NCBI GenBank assembly: GCA_023819025.1
Contig: JAMWDC010000001.1
Coordinates: 1-25,295, forward strand
Reading direction: 5' to 3'
Length of the DNA stretch: 25,295 nt
Source: Candidatus Omnitrophota bacterium
GTDB taxonomy: Bacteria; Omnitrophota; Omnitrophia; Omnitrophales; Aquincolibacteriaceae
Shown: one piece after another, positions 16,898-25,295 of the stretch
Position numbering within the stretch: the stretch's first letter is position 1
Layout: each line of letters begins with the position of its first letter
Notes under the pieces: generated by a model
Seen by the model: the letters and a program-made list of their open reading frames with translations, nothing else
The model's database searches: none
What the model was told of the DNA's origin: nothing
Position numbers and translations under genes: made by a program

Positions 16898-17599
16898 TTA
16901 GTTTTTTATCGCACGGAAGATCATATCGCCTGCCAATAGATTAGGCCACCACATCCTCGTCGCAGGGAGAATTCCAGCACATTGGGATTCCAAGATTTTA
17001 AACCCTTGGCCCTGCAAGAGCGTTTTCATCGTCGGATAAGTAAATCGGTGTAGAATTCCCCCCTCCCAGGCAGGAAATTTATTAAAAGTCGGCAGTTTGC
17101 CCAAAAGGGATTCCAAACGTCTTGGAAGATAGGCTACATTCATGGTATGGATAATCAGGACCCCCTGTGGGACAAGGATTCGGTGAAGTTCCTTCAGGAA
17201 AGCGAAAGGATCGAAGAGGTATTCGATCGTACTCAAACAAATGACAAGGTTGAATGAGTGGTCTTTAGAAGGAATGGGATCGTTTAAATTATGCTGAACA
17301 ACACTCAATTTGGGATTGGTTTTGAGGGATGCCGGGATTCCATCCAACCGGTAGGAGGAAATATCAAATCCCGTATAATGGCCGAACTGGTTAAGTTTTC
17401 GGACGGCGATTTGACAGGGGCCACAGCCGACGTCAGCGACCTCTGGATAGGTGTTGGTGCCGATCATCTGACAAGCGACGTCGATGCGCGTTTTAGCGAA
17501 GGGAAGTAAAAAGCGGTAAAAGGCGTGATCCATTGCCTTGGTCTCATCTCCATCAAGCAAGGCATAGCGGGCGTTATAAAAAGCTGCGGGATCCGTCAT
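16898..17599 (-). CDS. Class I SAM-dependent methyltransferase
   Basis: VADVGCGP motif I, GFDIS, DLVIC-like FNLVICLSTIEY, LHRILVPQGVLII. ATGA overlap with the upstream aminotransferase. Confidence 0.88.
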   Translation of the reverse strand: MTDPAAFYNARYALLDGDETKAMDHAFYRFLLPFAKTRIDVACQMIGTNTYPEVADVGCGPCQIAVRKLNQFGHYTGFDISSYRLDGIPASLKTNPKLSVVQHNLNDPIPSKDHSFNLVICLSTIEYLFDPFAFLKELHRILVPQGVLIIHTMNVAYLPRRLESLLGKLPTFNKFPAWEGGILHRFTYPTMKTLLQGQGFKILESQCAGILPATRMWWPNLLAGDMIFRAIKN

Positions 17600-18735
17600 G
17601 ACAATGTTGACCGGATAGTTGCAATCGTTTGACAGACTCGGTCAATTTCGTCGTCCGTAATTGCCAATCCACTCGGCAGATAACAACCGTTCTGAGAAGC
17701 GTATTCCGTATTTGGGAAAATTTCGGTCAACGTCAAATATTTTTGCAATACCGGCTGCCTATGCGGTGGATAAAATAAATCCCGTGAGTCAATCTGGTAA
17801 TCGCGAAGACGGATTCTCAGCTCGTCTTTGCTGATCCCAAATTTTTCTTTTTCGATCAGAATCACATACATCCAGTAAACATTTTTAACTTCAGGTCGTG
17901 TCACCGGTGTTCGGATACCCGGGATTGTTGTTAACTGGGATCGATAACGTTCCGCCATGGATAATTTCCGGGAAATCGACTGCTGAACATTTTCGAGCTG
18001 TCCAAGTCCAATGGCTGCCTGAATGTTGGTGAGCCGGTAGTTGTAGCCAATATCCTCATGGATAAACCGCCGTTGATCGGAATGATAAAGGTCTCGGATT
18101 TTCCTGAGTTTTTTTGCCAGGGCATCGCTGTTAGTGAGGATCATCCCGCCTTCGCCTGTGGTTACAATTTTATTGGCATAAAAACTGAAGCAGGCGATAT
18201 CACTCATCGCACCGCACTTTCGACCTTTGTATTCTCCTCCGTGTGCCTCCGCCGCATCTTCAATGACGAAAAGACCGAACCGCTTGGCGATCTCCAGGAT
18301 GGTATCCATGTCGCAGGAATGGCCGAAAAGGTGTACGGCCATCAGGGCTTTGGTCTTTCTTGTGATTTTTGCCTCAATTTGACGGGGGTCGATATTGAAA
18401 GTCTCCTGGTCGCAATCGACGAAAACCGGTTTTGCACCGGTATACAGGACGGCAAAGATCGTCGCCATCATCGTAAAGGCGGGAACAATGACTTCATCTC
18501 CAGGTTGGATACCCAGGGCACAAAGAGCGGCGTGGAGAGCCGCCGTGCCGCTTGAAACACTGATTCCATGTTTCGTTCCAATATAGTCGGCAAATGTTCG
18601 TTCGAATTTTTCGATATAGGAACCGGCCGAAGAGATCCACCCCGTTTCCAAACAATCCATAGCGTACCTTTTCGCGGCTTCCGAAATCAAAGGTTCATTG
18701 ACGGGAATGAATTTATTCTTTAAATCGTTTCGCAT
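17596..18735 (-). CDS. DegT/DnrJ/EryC1/StrS PLP-dependent sugar aminotransferase (perosamine synthase-like)
   Basis: SSGTAALH, VIVPAFT, IEDAAEAHG, FSFYANKIVTTGEGGM (PLP Lys), GYNYRLTNIQAAIG, CYLPSG. Confidence 0.92.
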   Translation of the reverse strand: MRNDLKNKFIPVNEPLISEAAKRYAMDCLETGWISSAGSYIEKFERTFADYIGTKHGISVSSGTAALHAALCALGIQPGDEVIVPAFTMMATIFAVLYTGAKPVFVDCDQETFNIDPRQIEAKITRKTKALMAVHLFGHSCDMDTILEIAKRFGLFVIEDAAEAHGGEYKGRKCGAMSDIACFSFYANKIVTTGEGGMILTNSDALAKKLRKIRDLYHSDQRRFIHEDIGYNYRLTNIQAAIGLGQLENVQQSISRKLSMAERYRSQLTTIPGIRTPVTRPEVKNVYWMYVILIEKEKFGISKDELRIRLRDYQIDSRDLFYPPHRQPVLQKYLTLTEIFPNTEYASQNGCYLPSGLAITDDEIDRVCQTIATIRSTLS

Positions 18736-19144
18736 ATTGGTCGCCCGGATAGGGCCCTTGCTTGACCTCGATCAGCCGGACCTCCTCAAGGACATCAAAG
18801 GAATGCCCTCCGGTGATCGAAAAGAAAAAATCGCCAGCATCGAGGATCGTTGCATAGATAACTTTCCAATCGGACGTATAAATTTTGACTTTCATCCTGC
18901 CCTTTTCCACATAAAGGAATTCCTGAGTTGTATTCACCTCATAATGCATGTCCCGATGCAGATGAGGCCGGAATGAATAGCCTTTTTTTCGTTCGATCAG
19001 CCCCAGCTGAAGGGGATAATCCGCAGGGGTCAAGAACTTGACGCCATCGCCCACGGCCAGTTTTTTACGAAAGATGTAAGCATAAAGTGTCCCTTCGTGC
19101 TCAATTCGTTCGATGGCAGTCATTTCAGGTTCATTCGTCATCAT
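18713..19144 (-). CDS. Cupin-fold protein of sugar-nucleotide gene clusters
   Basis: FRPHLH, TQEFLYVEKG, GGHSFDVLE, EVKQGPY. ATG 19144 overlaps the upstream TAA (TAATG); the track start at 19213 over-extends. Confidence 0.72.
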   Translation of the reverse strand: MMTNEPEMTAIERIEHEGTLYAYIFRKKLAVGDGVKFLTPADYPLQLGLIERKKGYSFRPHLHRDMHYEVNTTQEFLYVEKGRMKVKIYTSDWKVIYATILDAGDFFFSITGGHSFDVLEEVRLIEVKQGPYPGDQYAKRFKE

Positions 19145-20391
19145 TACGCTCTCCCATCTGACTGTTTTGCCTTCTCGAGGATCTCGAGGATCCGATCGAC
19201 CACCCGGTCCCAATTATACCTTAAAAGAACTTGTTTGCGAGCCTCCTCTCCGAATTTTTTTCTTAGGGGGTCATTCGTCAACAGTTCGGTCAGATATTTT
19301 TCAAGGGATCTCGTATCGCCTGCTCGGTAGAGAAATCCCGTGAGTTCATGCACGATCTCGTCCGCGGTGAAATCGGTACGGACTCCAGGTGTCCCACACG
19401 CCATGCATTCTAACACAAAAAGACTCGCAGCGCTGGCCCCACGGCCAATCCCGGTGTAAAGGGATACATCCGCCAAGGAATAATAATACGGCAAGTCGTT
19501 ATGGGACACGTGACCCACGAATTCGATATGATCGTTCAAGTCATGGTCTTGAACATACCGCTTTAACCGTGCAAGTTCTCTGGCGTTTTCAAATGACCAG
19601 GTAATGAGCAGTTTTAAGTTTGGGATTTTATTTTTGATGACCTCGATGATTTGAACGGCATCCCAGGTTTTTTTGAGCGGTGTAAAGTCCGTGCTGTGGA
19701 TGATAATCTTTTTCCCTTCGTACTTTCTGATCAAGGCCGGGTTTGGTTTCGGCGCAAAGAAATCGGTATCAACGCCCAGATAGCTGGGAATGGCGTCCCG
19801 GCAATAAATCTCGCGCGCCCAATCGGCGGTCCCACGGTTGATGGTCATGACGACCGTTGCTTTCTGAACGCCCTCAATATCCAGATTTTTATAGCATTGC
19901 GCCAGCACGCTCAGCAGAATTCTATCGAACATGGGGAAGCCGTGGATCATATCCCGGTCATGAAAGAAGGCAAAGGGTTCCATAACGTAAGACATGTAGG
20001 GATAAGCCGTTGCGCGATAAACGACGTAATTCATTGGAAACATGGACGTAATGAAAAAAGAGTAGCGACTTTTTAATTCCTGAAGTCTGCGAATATCTTT
20101 TTCAAGGTAAAATGGAAAAAAAAGCCAGTACCAGTGACTGGTGGACGAACGGTTGTTGATTTCAATCACCGACATACCTTCGCGGCGGTATCGTTCGTTC
20201 ATCTCCGGAGAACACCTTTCGACGATCATATCCACGGGTATCTTTTGATGCATTCTCCGGGACACCTCATAAACGAACTTTGTCCCACCCGCCCAGAGGA
20301 GAAAATGGGAATGCAGCCAAGCGATCCTCTTAATTTTCGCGTTTTTGACGGTTTCTTCTTTCACGTGTGTATCCAACTTCGTAATTTGCAA
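19144..20391 (-). CDS. GT4 (GT-B) glycosyltransferase
   Basis: GGTKFVYE, YLGVDTDFF, LKKTW, FVGHVSHNDLPYYYSLADV, LECMACGTP, YNWDRVV. Start is uncertain (TTG 20391 or GTG 20364). Confidence 0.9.
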   Translation of the reverse strand: MQITKLDTHVKEETVKNAKIKRIAWLHSHFLLWAGGTKFVYEVSRRMHQKIPVDMIVERCSPEMNERYRREGMSVIEINNRSSTSHWYWLFFPFYLEKDIRRLQELKSRYSFFITSMFPMNYVVYRATAYPYMSYVMEPFAFFHDRDMIHGFPMFDRILLSVLAQCYKNLDIEGVQKATVVMTINRGTADWAREIYCRDAIPSYLGVDTDFFAPKPNPALIRKYEGKKIIIHSTDFTPLKKTWDAVQIIEVIKNKIPNLKLLITWSFENARELARLKRYVQDHDLNDHIEFVGHVSHNDLPYYYSLADVSLYTGIGRGASAASLFVLECMACGTPGVRTDFTADEIVHELTGFLYRAGDTRSLEKYLTELLTNDPLRKKFGEEARKQVLLRYNWDRVVDRILEILEKAKQSDGRA

Positions 20392-20426
20392 TTCTTAGAA
20401 ATCGGTTTGAAAGGGAGTTCGAAACG

Positions 20427-22058
20427 TTATTTCTCACGCTTCAATTCCCAGATCTCGGTTCCCTCCGGCAAAGGACCGCCTTCGCGGTCGACATCGTTGT
20501 AAATCATATTCATGCGGTACCGGTATTTTGACTGATTCAGCTGGTGCATAATGTATTGGTGAAATTGGTCGATATGGGCGCGGTCGATTCCGCGCCGGCT
20601 CCAGAAAATGTAGTCGATCTTGTCCATGACTTCCTCGGAAATTTTATCGACAGAAACTATATTGTATCCTCCCCTCTGATAATTTTGAGCATATTCGGAC
20701 AGGGAGTAAATGGTGAGGTCTTTTCTTTGGAAAAAATCTTGGATAAACAAAATGGATGCCCCCGTGAGTTCCGGTTCGAGCTCAAAAACCAGGACATTGG
20801 CGTTGGCCTTGGCCTTCTGGCAAAACCACTGCATGGCATAAACGGGTCCTTTTGTTTTTCGAACAGGCTGGGTATAAAGACGTTTCAGGATATCCGGCAT
20901 TTGGGCAGAGGATGTATAGGCCAAGAAACAGGACAGGCACAAGGGGATGAGGGAAGTCAGTTTAAAAGGCAGGATCAGGCTCATGAGTTCCAGGGCCATA
21001 AAACCTGCAAAGAGAAAGTCCGAAACCAGTAAATAACGCCGGACATGTTCAGTCCACGGAAGATAAACGCCCCAAAAGGCGAGCCCCAACGCTAAAAATG
21101 CAAATTGCCACTGCTCGATCGGCCGCTTTCCAAGATGACCTCGATGTCTGTAAAGCCGGAGCAAATACGCCACCAAGAGCACCAAAAGGAGGTAATGCCA
21201 TTGCAATTCGAAGAAAAACATTTTTAAATTTTGCAAAATCAGACTGAAGGAAAATTGGTAGTGACTTGCATAGCCGGTTCGTGAAGGTGCACAAGCGAAA
21301 AACAACACGGTGAACAGCAGATTCAGGAAACTGAACAGCAGCCATTCCCGCCTTCCTTTTTTGAAACCGAGGCTAAGGCATAGCATGACCATGGAGAAAG
21401 GGAGCATGACCAAAGATGTTTCTTTCGAAAAATACAGAAGAAACAATACGACGGCGAGTAGGAGGTAGAGGCCAAGGGGTATTGTTTTAGATTGCTTTTT
21501 TGAAAAGATAAAATGGCCAAGGAGAAATAGAAATCCCAGCCAGAGAACCTGCCAAATTTCCTGAGTGGCGAGCCGTGAATAGTTTTCGATGGCATTGGCA
21601 CTGAAGATCCAAAGCAAACATCCGACAAATGCGACAAAAACGTTGCGGCTGATGAACTGAATGGTTAGGAAAAAGACGGTGATGGCGCATGCCAGATTGA
21701 CATAGTGAATGTAGACCCAGCCTGTGGGATTCAGCCCTGCGGGTAAATAGTAAAAAATAAAGCGCAGAATCCAGTATAATGGGCGGTATCGGCCGTCTCC
21801 GACCTCTCCGTGCAATCCACCTGTTTTGAGCCATCCGATGAAGTCAACTTGCATGGATCTGAAATATTTCAAATCGTGAGGGTCGTCAATCATCCCAAAA
21901 CTGGGATTGAGCAGTCTCGGCCATAGCCAGACGACGGGTAAGGCTAGTACCAAGAGCCATAAAAGCGCAGACCCGGGAATGAGCATTTTCTTATTTGACG
22001 TCGTTGGTACGGGTTCTGGCATTTTCTCGTGTCTTATGAACAGGTTCTTAAGATTCAT
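20427..22058 (-). CDS. Multi-pass membrane protein, probable GT-C-fold glycosyltransferase
   Basis: First loop MIDDPHD with GRYRPL, about 11 TM segments, FSKETS motif, soluble C-terminal domain. Confidence 0.6.
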   Translation of the reverse strand: MNLKNLFIRHEKMPEPVPTTSNKKMLIPGSALLWLLVLALPVVWLWPRLLNPSFGMIDDPHDLKYFRSMQVDFIGWLKTGGLHGEVGDGRYRPLYWILRFIFYYLPAGLNPTGWVYIHYVNLACAITVFFLTIQFISRNVFVAFVGCLLWIFSANAIENYSRLATQEIWQVLWLGFLFLLGHFIFSKKQSKTIPLGLYLLLAVVLFLLYFSKETSLVMLPFSMVMLCLSLGFKKGRREWLLFSFLNLLFTVLFFACAPSRTGYASHYQFSFSLILQNLKMFFFELQWHYLLLVLLVAYLLRLYRHRGHLGKRPIEQWQFAFLALGLAFWGVYLPWTEHVRRYLLVSDFLFAGFMALELMSLILPFKLTSLIPLCLSCFLAYTSSAQMPDILKRLYTQPVRKTKGPVYAMQWFCQKAKANANVLVFELEPELTGASILFIQDFFQRKDLTIYSLSEYAQNYQRGGYNIVSVDKISEEVMDKIDYIFWSRRGIDRAHIDQFHQYIMHQLNQSKYRYRMNMIYNDVDREGGPLPEGTEIWELKREK

Positions 22059-22104
22059 CTTATTTTTCTATCCGAGATGTTCTGTATAGCCTCCATAACC
22101 CGGT

Positions 22105-23526
22105 TTATTTCGTACCTAAAAGTCCTTCCGTGGGGGCATCTTTAGAAATTTTAGCCTTCGAAATATCGAATACCTTGTCCCACAGAAAAGACATCCCTAA
22201 AAATAGGATGAATGCATATGCTGCAAACTGTTGAAACATAAGCCTGGAAAAGGCGGTTTCCAGATGCCAGAGGAGCGGCAATTTTGTCGCCAGGAAGGCC
22301 AGGGCTACAAAACCGGAATATCCGAATATGGCCAGCCACAGAAACAGAAAAGCAATTCGTGATCGAGGAATGAATAAGGACGAAAGGATCGATAAAATCG
22401 CAGAGAGGGATAGGATGAGCGAATGTTCGCGACCATAGTTTGCAAAAAAGGGAGCAATATACTGCCAACGGTCCAAATTCCGGTAACAGGTCAAGATGTC
22501 TCTAAATGCATAAGCGTTACCAGGGATGTGCCCCGCGTTCATGTGATTGACAGTAAGCAGGATGGGCCAGAGAATAAGCAACGTCAAGGAGATTGTTAAG
22601 GAAGGTCCGATCTTGCGAATCCCGACGGCGAGGAACCAGTGCGTTTTTGAGACAAGGAGAGTGATGAGAAATGTCGCTGTCAGGGTAAGGTTCATGACCG
22701 ATCCTTCCATTTTAATGAGGCAGGATGATCCGGCAAAAAAGAATCCGAGGAAGAGGTCCGGTTCACCGGATGTTGGAGCGGACTCCGGATTTGAAAGGAG
22801 ATATTTCGTCAAATGGAGGAGGGCCATCCCACCCGTGACAGCAAGGAATCCGTCCTGGTACCCGTTGGTAAAAAGCCACTTATCGAAAAACACCAACCCC
22901 ATGAATAAGCCGACCCAACGGAGTATCTGATGCTTTTGAACGGGACCGATCTGATTCAGAGCCAGGATCCACATAAAATAAAAAGTTGGGAAGATAAGCC
23001 GCCCGAAATTTTCTAACGGCGCGCCCGTAAATTTCATCAGGAACATCTCGTAAACGGCACCGAGATGGGGATAATTGGCCATCTCGAATCGCGGGTACGG
23101 TAAAGCGTAAAAGGGAAGCCAATAAAACAAACCTTTGGCTTTGTTAAACCAAATGACCAGGGCGTCCCACGACATCGGATGGATCGGGTGGCTCAAGATA
23201 AATAGGTAAAGACAGGTAAGCAAAAATACGATCACGATCGAAGCAGGATGCGGGAATGAAAACGGAGGTTTTGTTGTTAAATCCTTCACCTGTTCCTTGG
23301 TCATTCCAATGATGCCCCAAAGGATAAGCATTCCTAAAAGTCCAAAGACGAAAATTTGGGGAAGGTGAAGGGCGTGAGTGACCAAGAGATAAAGTGAAGT
23401 AGCCAGGACGCCAAACCACCAGCGTGTAGCGCAGGGGACTCGGTTTTTTAACGCCAAGGTTCCCAGGATCCAAGGGAGTGCGAATAAAGGAATCAAAACC
23501 AGTAGCATTTGAACCCACTCAGACAT
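22105..23526 (-). CDS. Multi-pass membrane protein, probable GT-C-fold glycosyltransferase
   Basis: SWDALVIWFNKAK loop, NYPHL, NGYQD, LIKMEG, about 12 TM segments. Confidence 0.55.
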   Translation of the reverse strand: MSEWVQMLLVLIPLFALPWILGTLALKNRVPCATRWWFGVLATSLYLLVTHALHLPQIFVFGLLGMLILWGIIGMTKEQVKDLTTKPPFSFPHPASIVIVFLLTCLYLFILSHPIHPMSWDALVIWFNKAKGLFYWLPFYALPYPRFEMANYPHLGAVYEMFLMKFTGAPLENFGRLIFPTFYFMWILALNQIGPVQKHQILRWVGLFMGLVFFDKWLFTNGYQDGFLAVTGGMALLHLTKYLLSNPESAPTSGEPDLFLGFFFAGSSCLIKMEGSVMNLTLTATFLITLLVSKTHWFLAVGIRKIGPSLTISLTLLILWPILLTVNHMNAGHIPGNAYAFRDILTCYRNLDRWQYIAPFFANYGREHSLILSLSAILSILSSLFIPRSRIAFLFLWLAIFGYSGFVALAFLATKLPLLWHLETAFSRLMFQQFAAYAFILFLGMSFLWDKVFDISKAKISKDAPTEGLLGTK

Positions 23527-24433
23527 TTTTTATTCTCCCCAGGTATTTTTGCCAATCTTGCAGATCATTTCTTTCAATAGCGGTGAGAAAATCATTTTTC
23601 AGCGCGGTGAAACATTGTCCTTCCCGGTGGATGATCGTATAGCCGTTTAAGTTGACCTTGATTCCAATAACATCCACCTGAGAAATGCCTGGCGAAGTTC
23701 GGCCCTGGACCGGTCGGATGTCAATACCAATTACGAAGGGTAAAGATCCCCTGGAAAATGAAAACTGATGAAGGGCCTCGCTCAGTTTTAAAAAAGTCGA
23801 CTGTTGAAGCGATATCCTGTTCCAGGACCAACGTCCCAAGGCGGTTTGGTTGGAAGGCGAATAGAAAAGGGTCAGGCTTATATTCTGAGGATCCGGAGGA
23901 GGTGGTGAATCGAAGTGTAACTGAAACCCGGTAAGGGTATCAAAATCCAGCACGGTCACAAAGGCCCACATGGAACGGTTGGAGTTCGAATCGACCGCTT
24001 GATAAACGGATCGAGCCGGGGCGACATAATTTTCGATCAAATCTTCGGGCGGGAGGTCAATGCCGATAAGAATTCTGTCGTCGATCTTATATCGGTAGCC
24101 GGGAAAATAGAGATAGGCATTCTGGGTGTAGTTTCGATAACGCGTGACTGGGAAAATGGAAGGTTCTGGAATGCCGTCAACGATTTTTCGAAGATAGCCA
24201 TACCCGATACCTGTCAGATCTCCGTAAGTTTGAAGTTTCCTTTGTTCCAATGAGGTCGTGCGGAGAATTTCAAAATTTCGGATGAAATCATCGGTAATGG
24301 CCTTCAGATGGTCAAAACCGAGGGGACATAGGAGAAGGATTGCAATCGTCAGGCTGGAAATGATGAATCCCTGGATCAAGTCAGGCATAAGGTTTTTATG
24401 GATAACGGTGGCTAAAAAGTTCAGACGGGGCAT
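23519..24433 (-). CDS. Hypothetical membrane-anchored protein
   Basis: One N-terminal TM segment (GFIISSLTIAILLLCPLG) and a beta-rich soluble domain. Coupled to both neighbours (3-nt gap and 8-nt overlap). Confidence 0.72.
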   Translation of the reverse strand: MPRLNFLATVIHKNLMPDLIQGFIISSLTIAILLLCPLGFDHLKAITDDFIRNFEILRTTSLEQRKLQTYGDLTGIGYGYLRKIVDGIPEPSIFPVTRYRNYTQNAYLYFPGYRYKIDDRILIGIDLPPEDLIENYVAPARSVYQAVDSNSNRSMWAFVTVLDFDTLTGFQLHFDSPPPPDPQNISLTLFYSPSNQTALGRWSWNRISLQQSTFLKLSEALHQFSFSRGSLPFVIGIDIRPVQGRTSPGISQVDVIGIKVNLNGYTIIHREGQCFTALKNDFLTAIERNDLQDWQKYLGRIKNV

Positions 24434-24436
24434 GGA

Positions 24437-25132
24437 TCAAGATCGATTCAACAGCAGTTGAAAAAGTTCCCGAAATGCGCGAAGAATGACACGAGGATTC
24501 CCGCCGGTCTGATTTCCAGCAGGCCTTGGGTAATGCCTGACCGGTACTTCGCATACGTGGAGGCCTTTCTTTTGGGCATAATACAGGATTTCTGCATTGA
24601 TAAGGGCACCAGTGGATTTAAGAGGCAGGGTCTTCACCCCTTCGGCTTTGAACATTTTAAAAGCGCAGTTAAGGTCTTTGACTTTGACGCCCAAAAGCAA
24701 TCGGATGGCCAAATTCCATCCGCGGGAATAAAGCCATCGGGCAAAAGGATCCGCTCTTTTCTGGCGGTATCCGGTGACGATATCGTACGAGTGGATGTGG
24801 GGGAGTAATTGGCAGATTTCGCGTACGTCGAACTGGCAATCGCCGTCCGTAAAGAAGATAACGGAATACCGGGAGGCGCGTATGCCTGAACGGATTGCGG
24901 CACCGTACCCGAGATTTTTGGGATGGTGGACGACCCGTACCTCGGGATATTGCAGGGCGAGTTTTTCGGCCAATGCCTTAGTTCCATCCGCACTTCCATC
25001 ATCGACGATGATAATTTCGTATCGTCGGCTTACCTCGGACAGAACCTGCCGCAGCGCCGTGACCATGCGGGACAGATTACGTTCCTCATTGTAAGCAGGA
25101 AAAAAAGCTGAAATTTCCGCAAGCTGGTCCAT
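24437..25132 (-). CDS. GT2 glycosyltransferase, ArnC/DPM1-like
   Basis: FFPAYNEE, IIVDDGSAD, NLGYGAAIRSG, FFTDGDCQFD, DLNCAFKMF, EVPVRHYPR. Confidence 0.9.
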   Translation of the reverse strand: MDQLAEISAFFPAYNEERNLSRMVTALRQVLSEVSRRYEIIIVDDGSADGTKALAEKLALQYPEVRVVHHPKNLGYGAAIRSGIRASRYSVIFFTDGDCQFDVREICQLLPHIHSYDIVTGYRQKRADPFARWLYSRGWNLAIRLLLGVKVKDLNCAFKMFKAEGVKTLPLKSTGALINAEILYYAQKKGLHVCEVPVRHYPRPAGNQTGGNPRVILRAFRELFQLLLNRS

Positions 25133-25154
25133 AACCCATGAAAATAGTTACTTT

Positions 25155-25197
25155 TTAGTATTACTAATCATATCGAACTTTTCAGATAATATCTTAA
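25155..25197 (-). promoter_or_regulatory. Possible promoter of the minus-strand glycosylation operon with a palindromic site
   Basis: Very AT-rich segment. Minus-strand TATGAT at 25167-25172 could be a -10 box, with only a weak -35 (TTAAGA, 19-bp spacing). Perfect palindrome TTAGTA-T-TACTAA at 25155-25167. Confidence 0.3.
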
Positions 25198-25213
25198 ATG
25201 CGTTGCTCCAGTT

Positions 25214-25290
25214 ATTCCCTCCCTTTGTTGTGGAGGGGGCGAGGGAGGAGGTGACGAATCGCTATGCCTCCACCTTAAGGGAGGAGGAAT
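25214..25290. repeat. Imperfect nested inverted repeat, REP-like palindromic element
   Basis: Left arm ATTCCCTCCCTTTGTTGTGGAGG (25214-25236). The reverse complement of the right arm (25267-25290) is ATTCCTCCTCCCTTAAGGTGGAGG. Each arm also self-pairs: CCCTCC/GGAGGG and CCTCC/GGAGG. Confidence 0.6.
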
Positions 25291-25295
25291 CCTAT

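Noticed and set aside
18058-18555. 165-aa plus-strand ORF, and similar ORFs at 19651-20076, 20544-21032 and 11059-11424
   Set aside because: They lie antisense to well-supported genes and show no motifs or RBS; they are shadow ORFs.
1-25295. tRNA, rRNA, CRISPR arrays, IS elements, integrases
   Set aside because: No cloverleaf, spaced direct repeats, transposase or recombinase motifs were seen; intergenic spaces are mostly too short.

Overview
The window holds three linked blocks. (1) 2-9413 (+): a 5'-truncated, divergent F1-ATPase beta-like gene ends 7 bp before a type II secretion/type IV pilus-like operon. The operon encodes GspE with a C-terminal PilZ fusion, GspF, GspG, GspI- and GspJ-like pilins, a PilM-PilN (GspL-like) fusion, a PilO/GspM-like protein and a TPR protein. 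(2) 9466-16661: an inverted GT2 + DUF2304-like pair, then on + a 901-aa STT3/PglB/AglB-type oligosaccharyltransferase whose WWDYG motif reads WWPPG, a small exported coiled-coil protein, a displaced gspK, an S41 (CtpA-type) protease and an unknown exported protein. (3) 16898-25132 (-): a tightly coupled glycosylation operon with GT2, an unknown membrane-anchored protein, two GT-C-like integral membrane proteins, GT4, a cupin, a DegT-family aminotransferase and a SAM methyltransferase. A REP-like nested palindrome lies upstream of it. No secretin, gspH, prepilin peptidase, rRNA, tRNA, CRISPR or mobile element is visible. The gene content resembles PVC-group candidate bacteria such as Ca. Omnitrophota, but that is an unverified impression. 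The best candidates for new biology are an F1-like ATPase apparently co-transcribed with a pilus/secretion machine and an oligosaccharyltransferase with a rebuilt acceptor pocket embedded among pseudopilin genes. All family calls come from motifs read by eye; no database searches were run.
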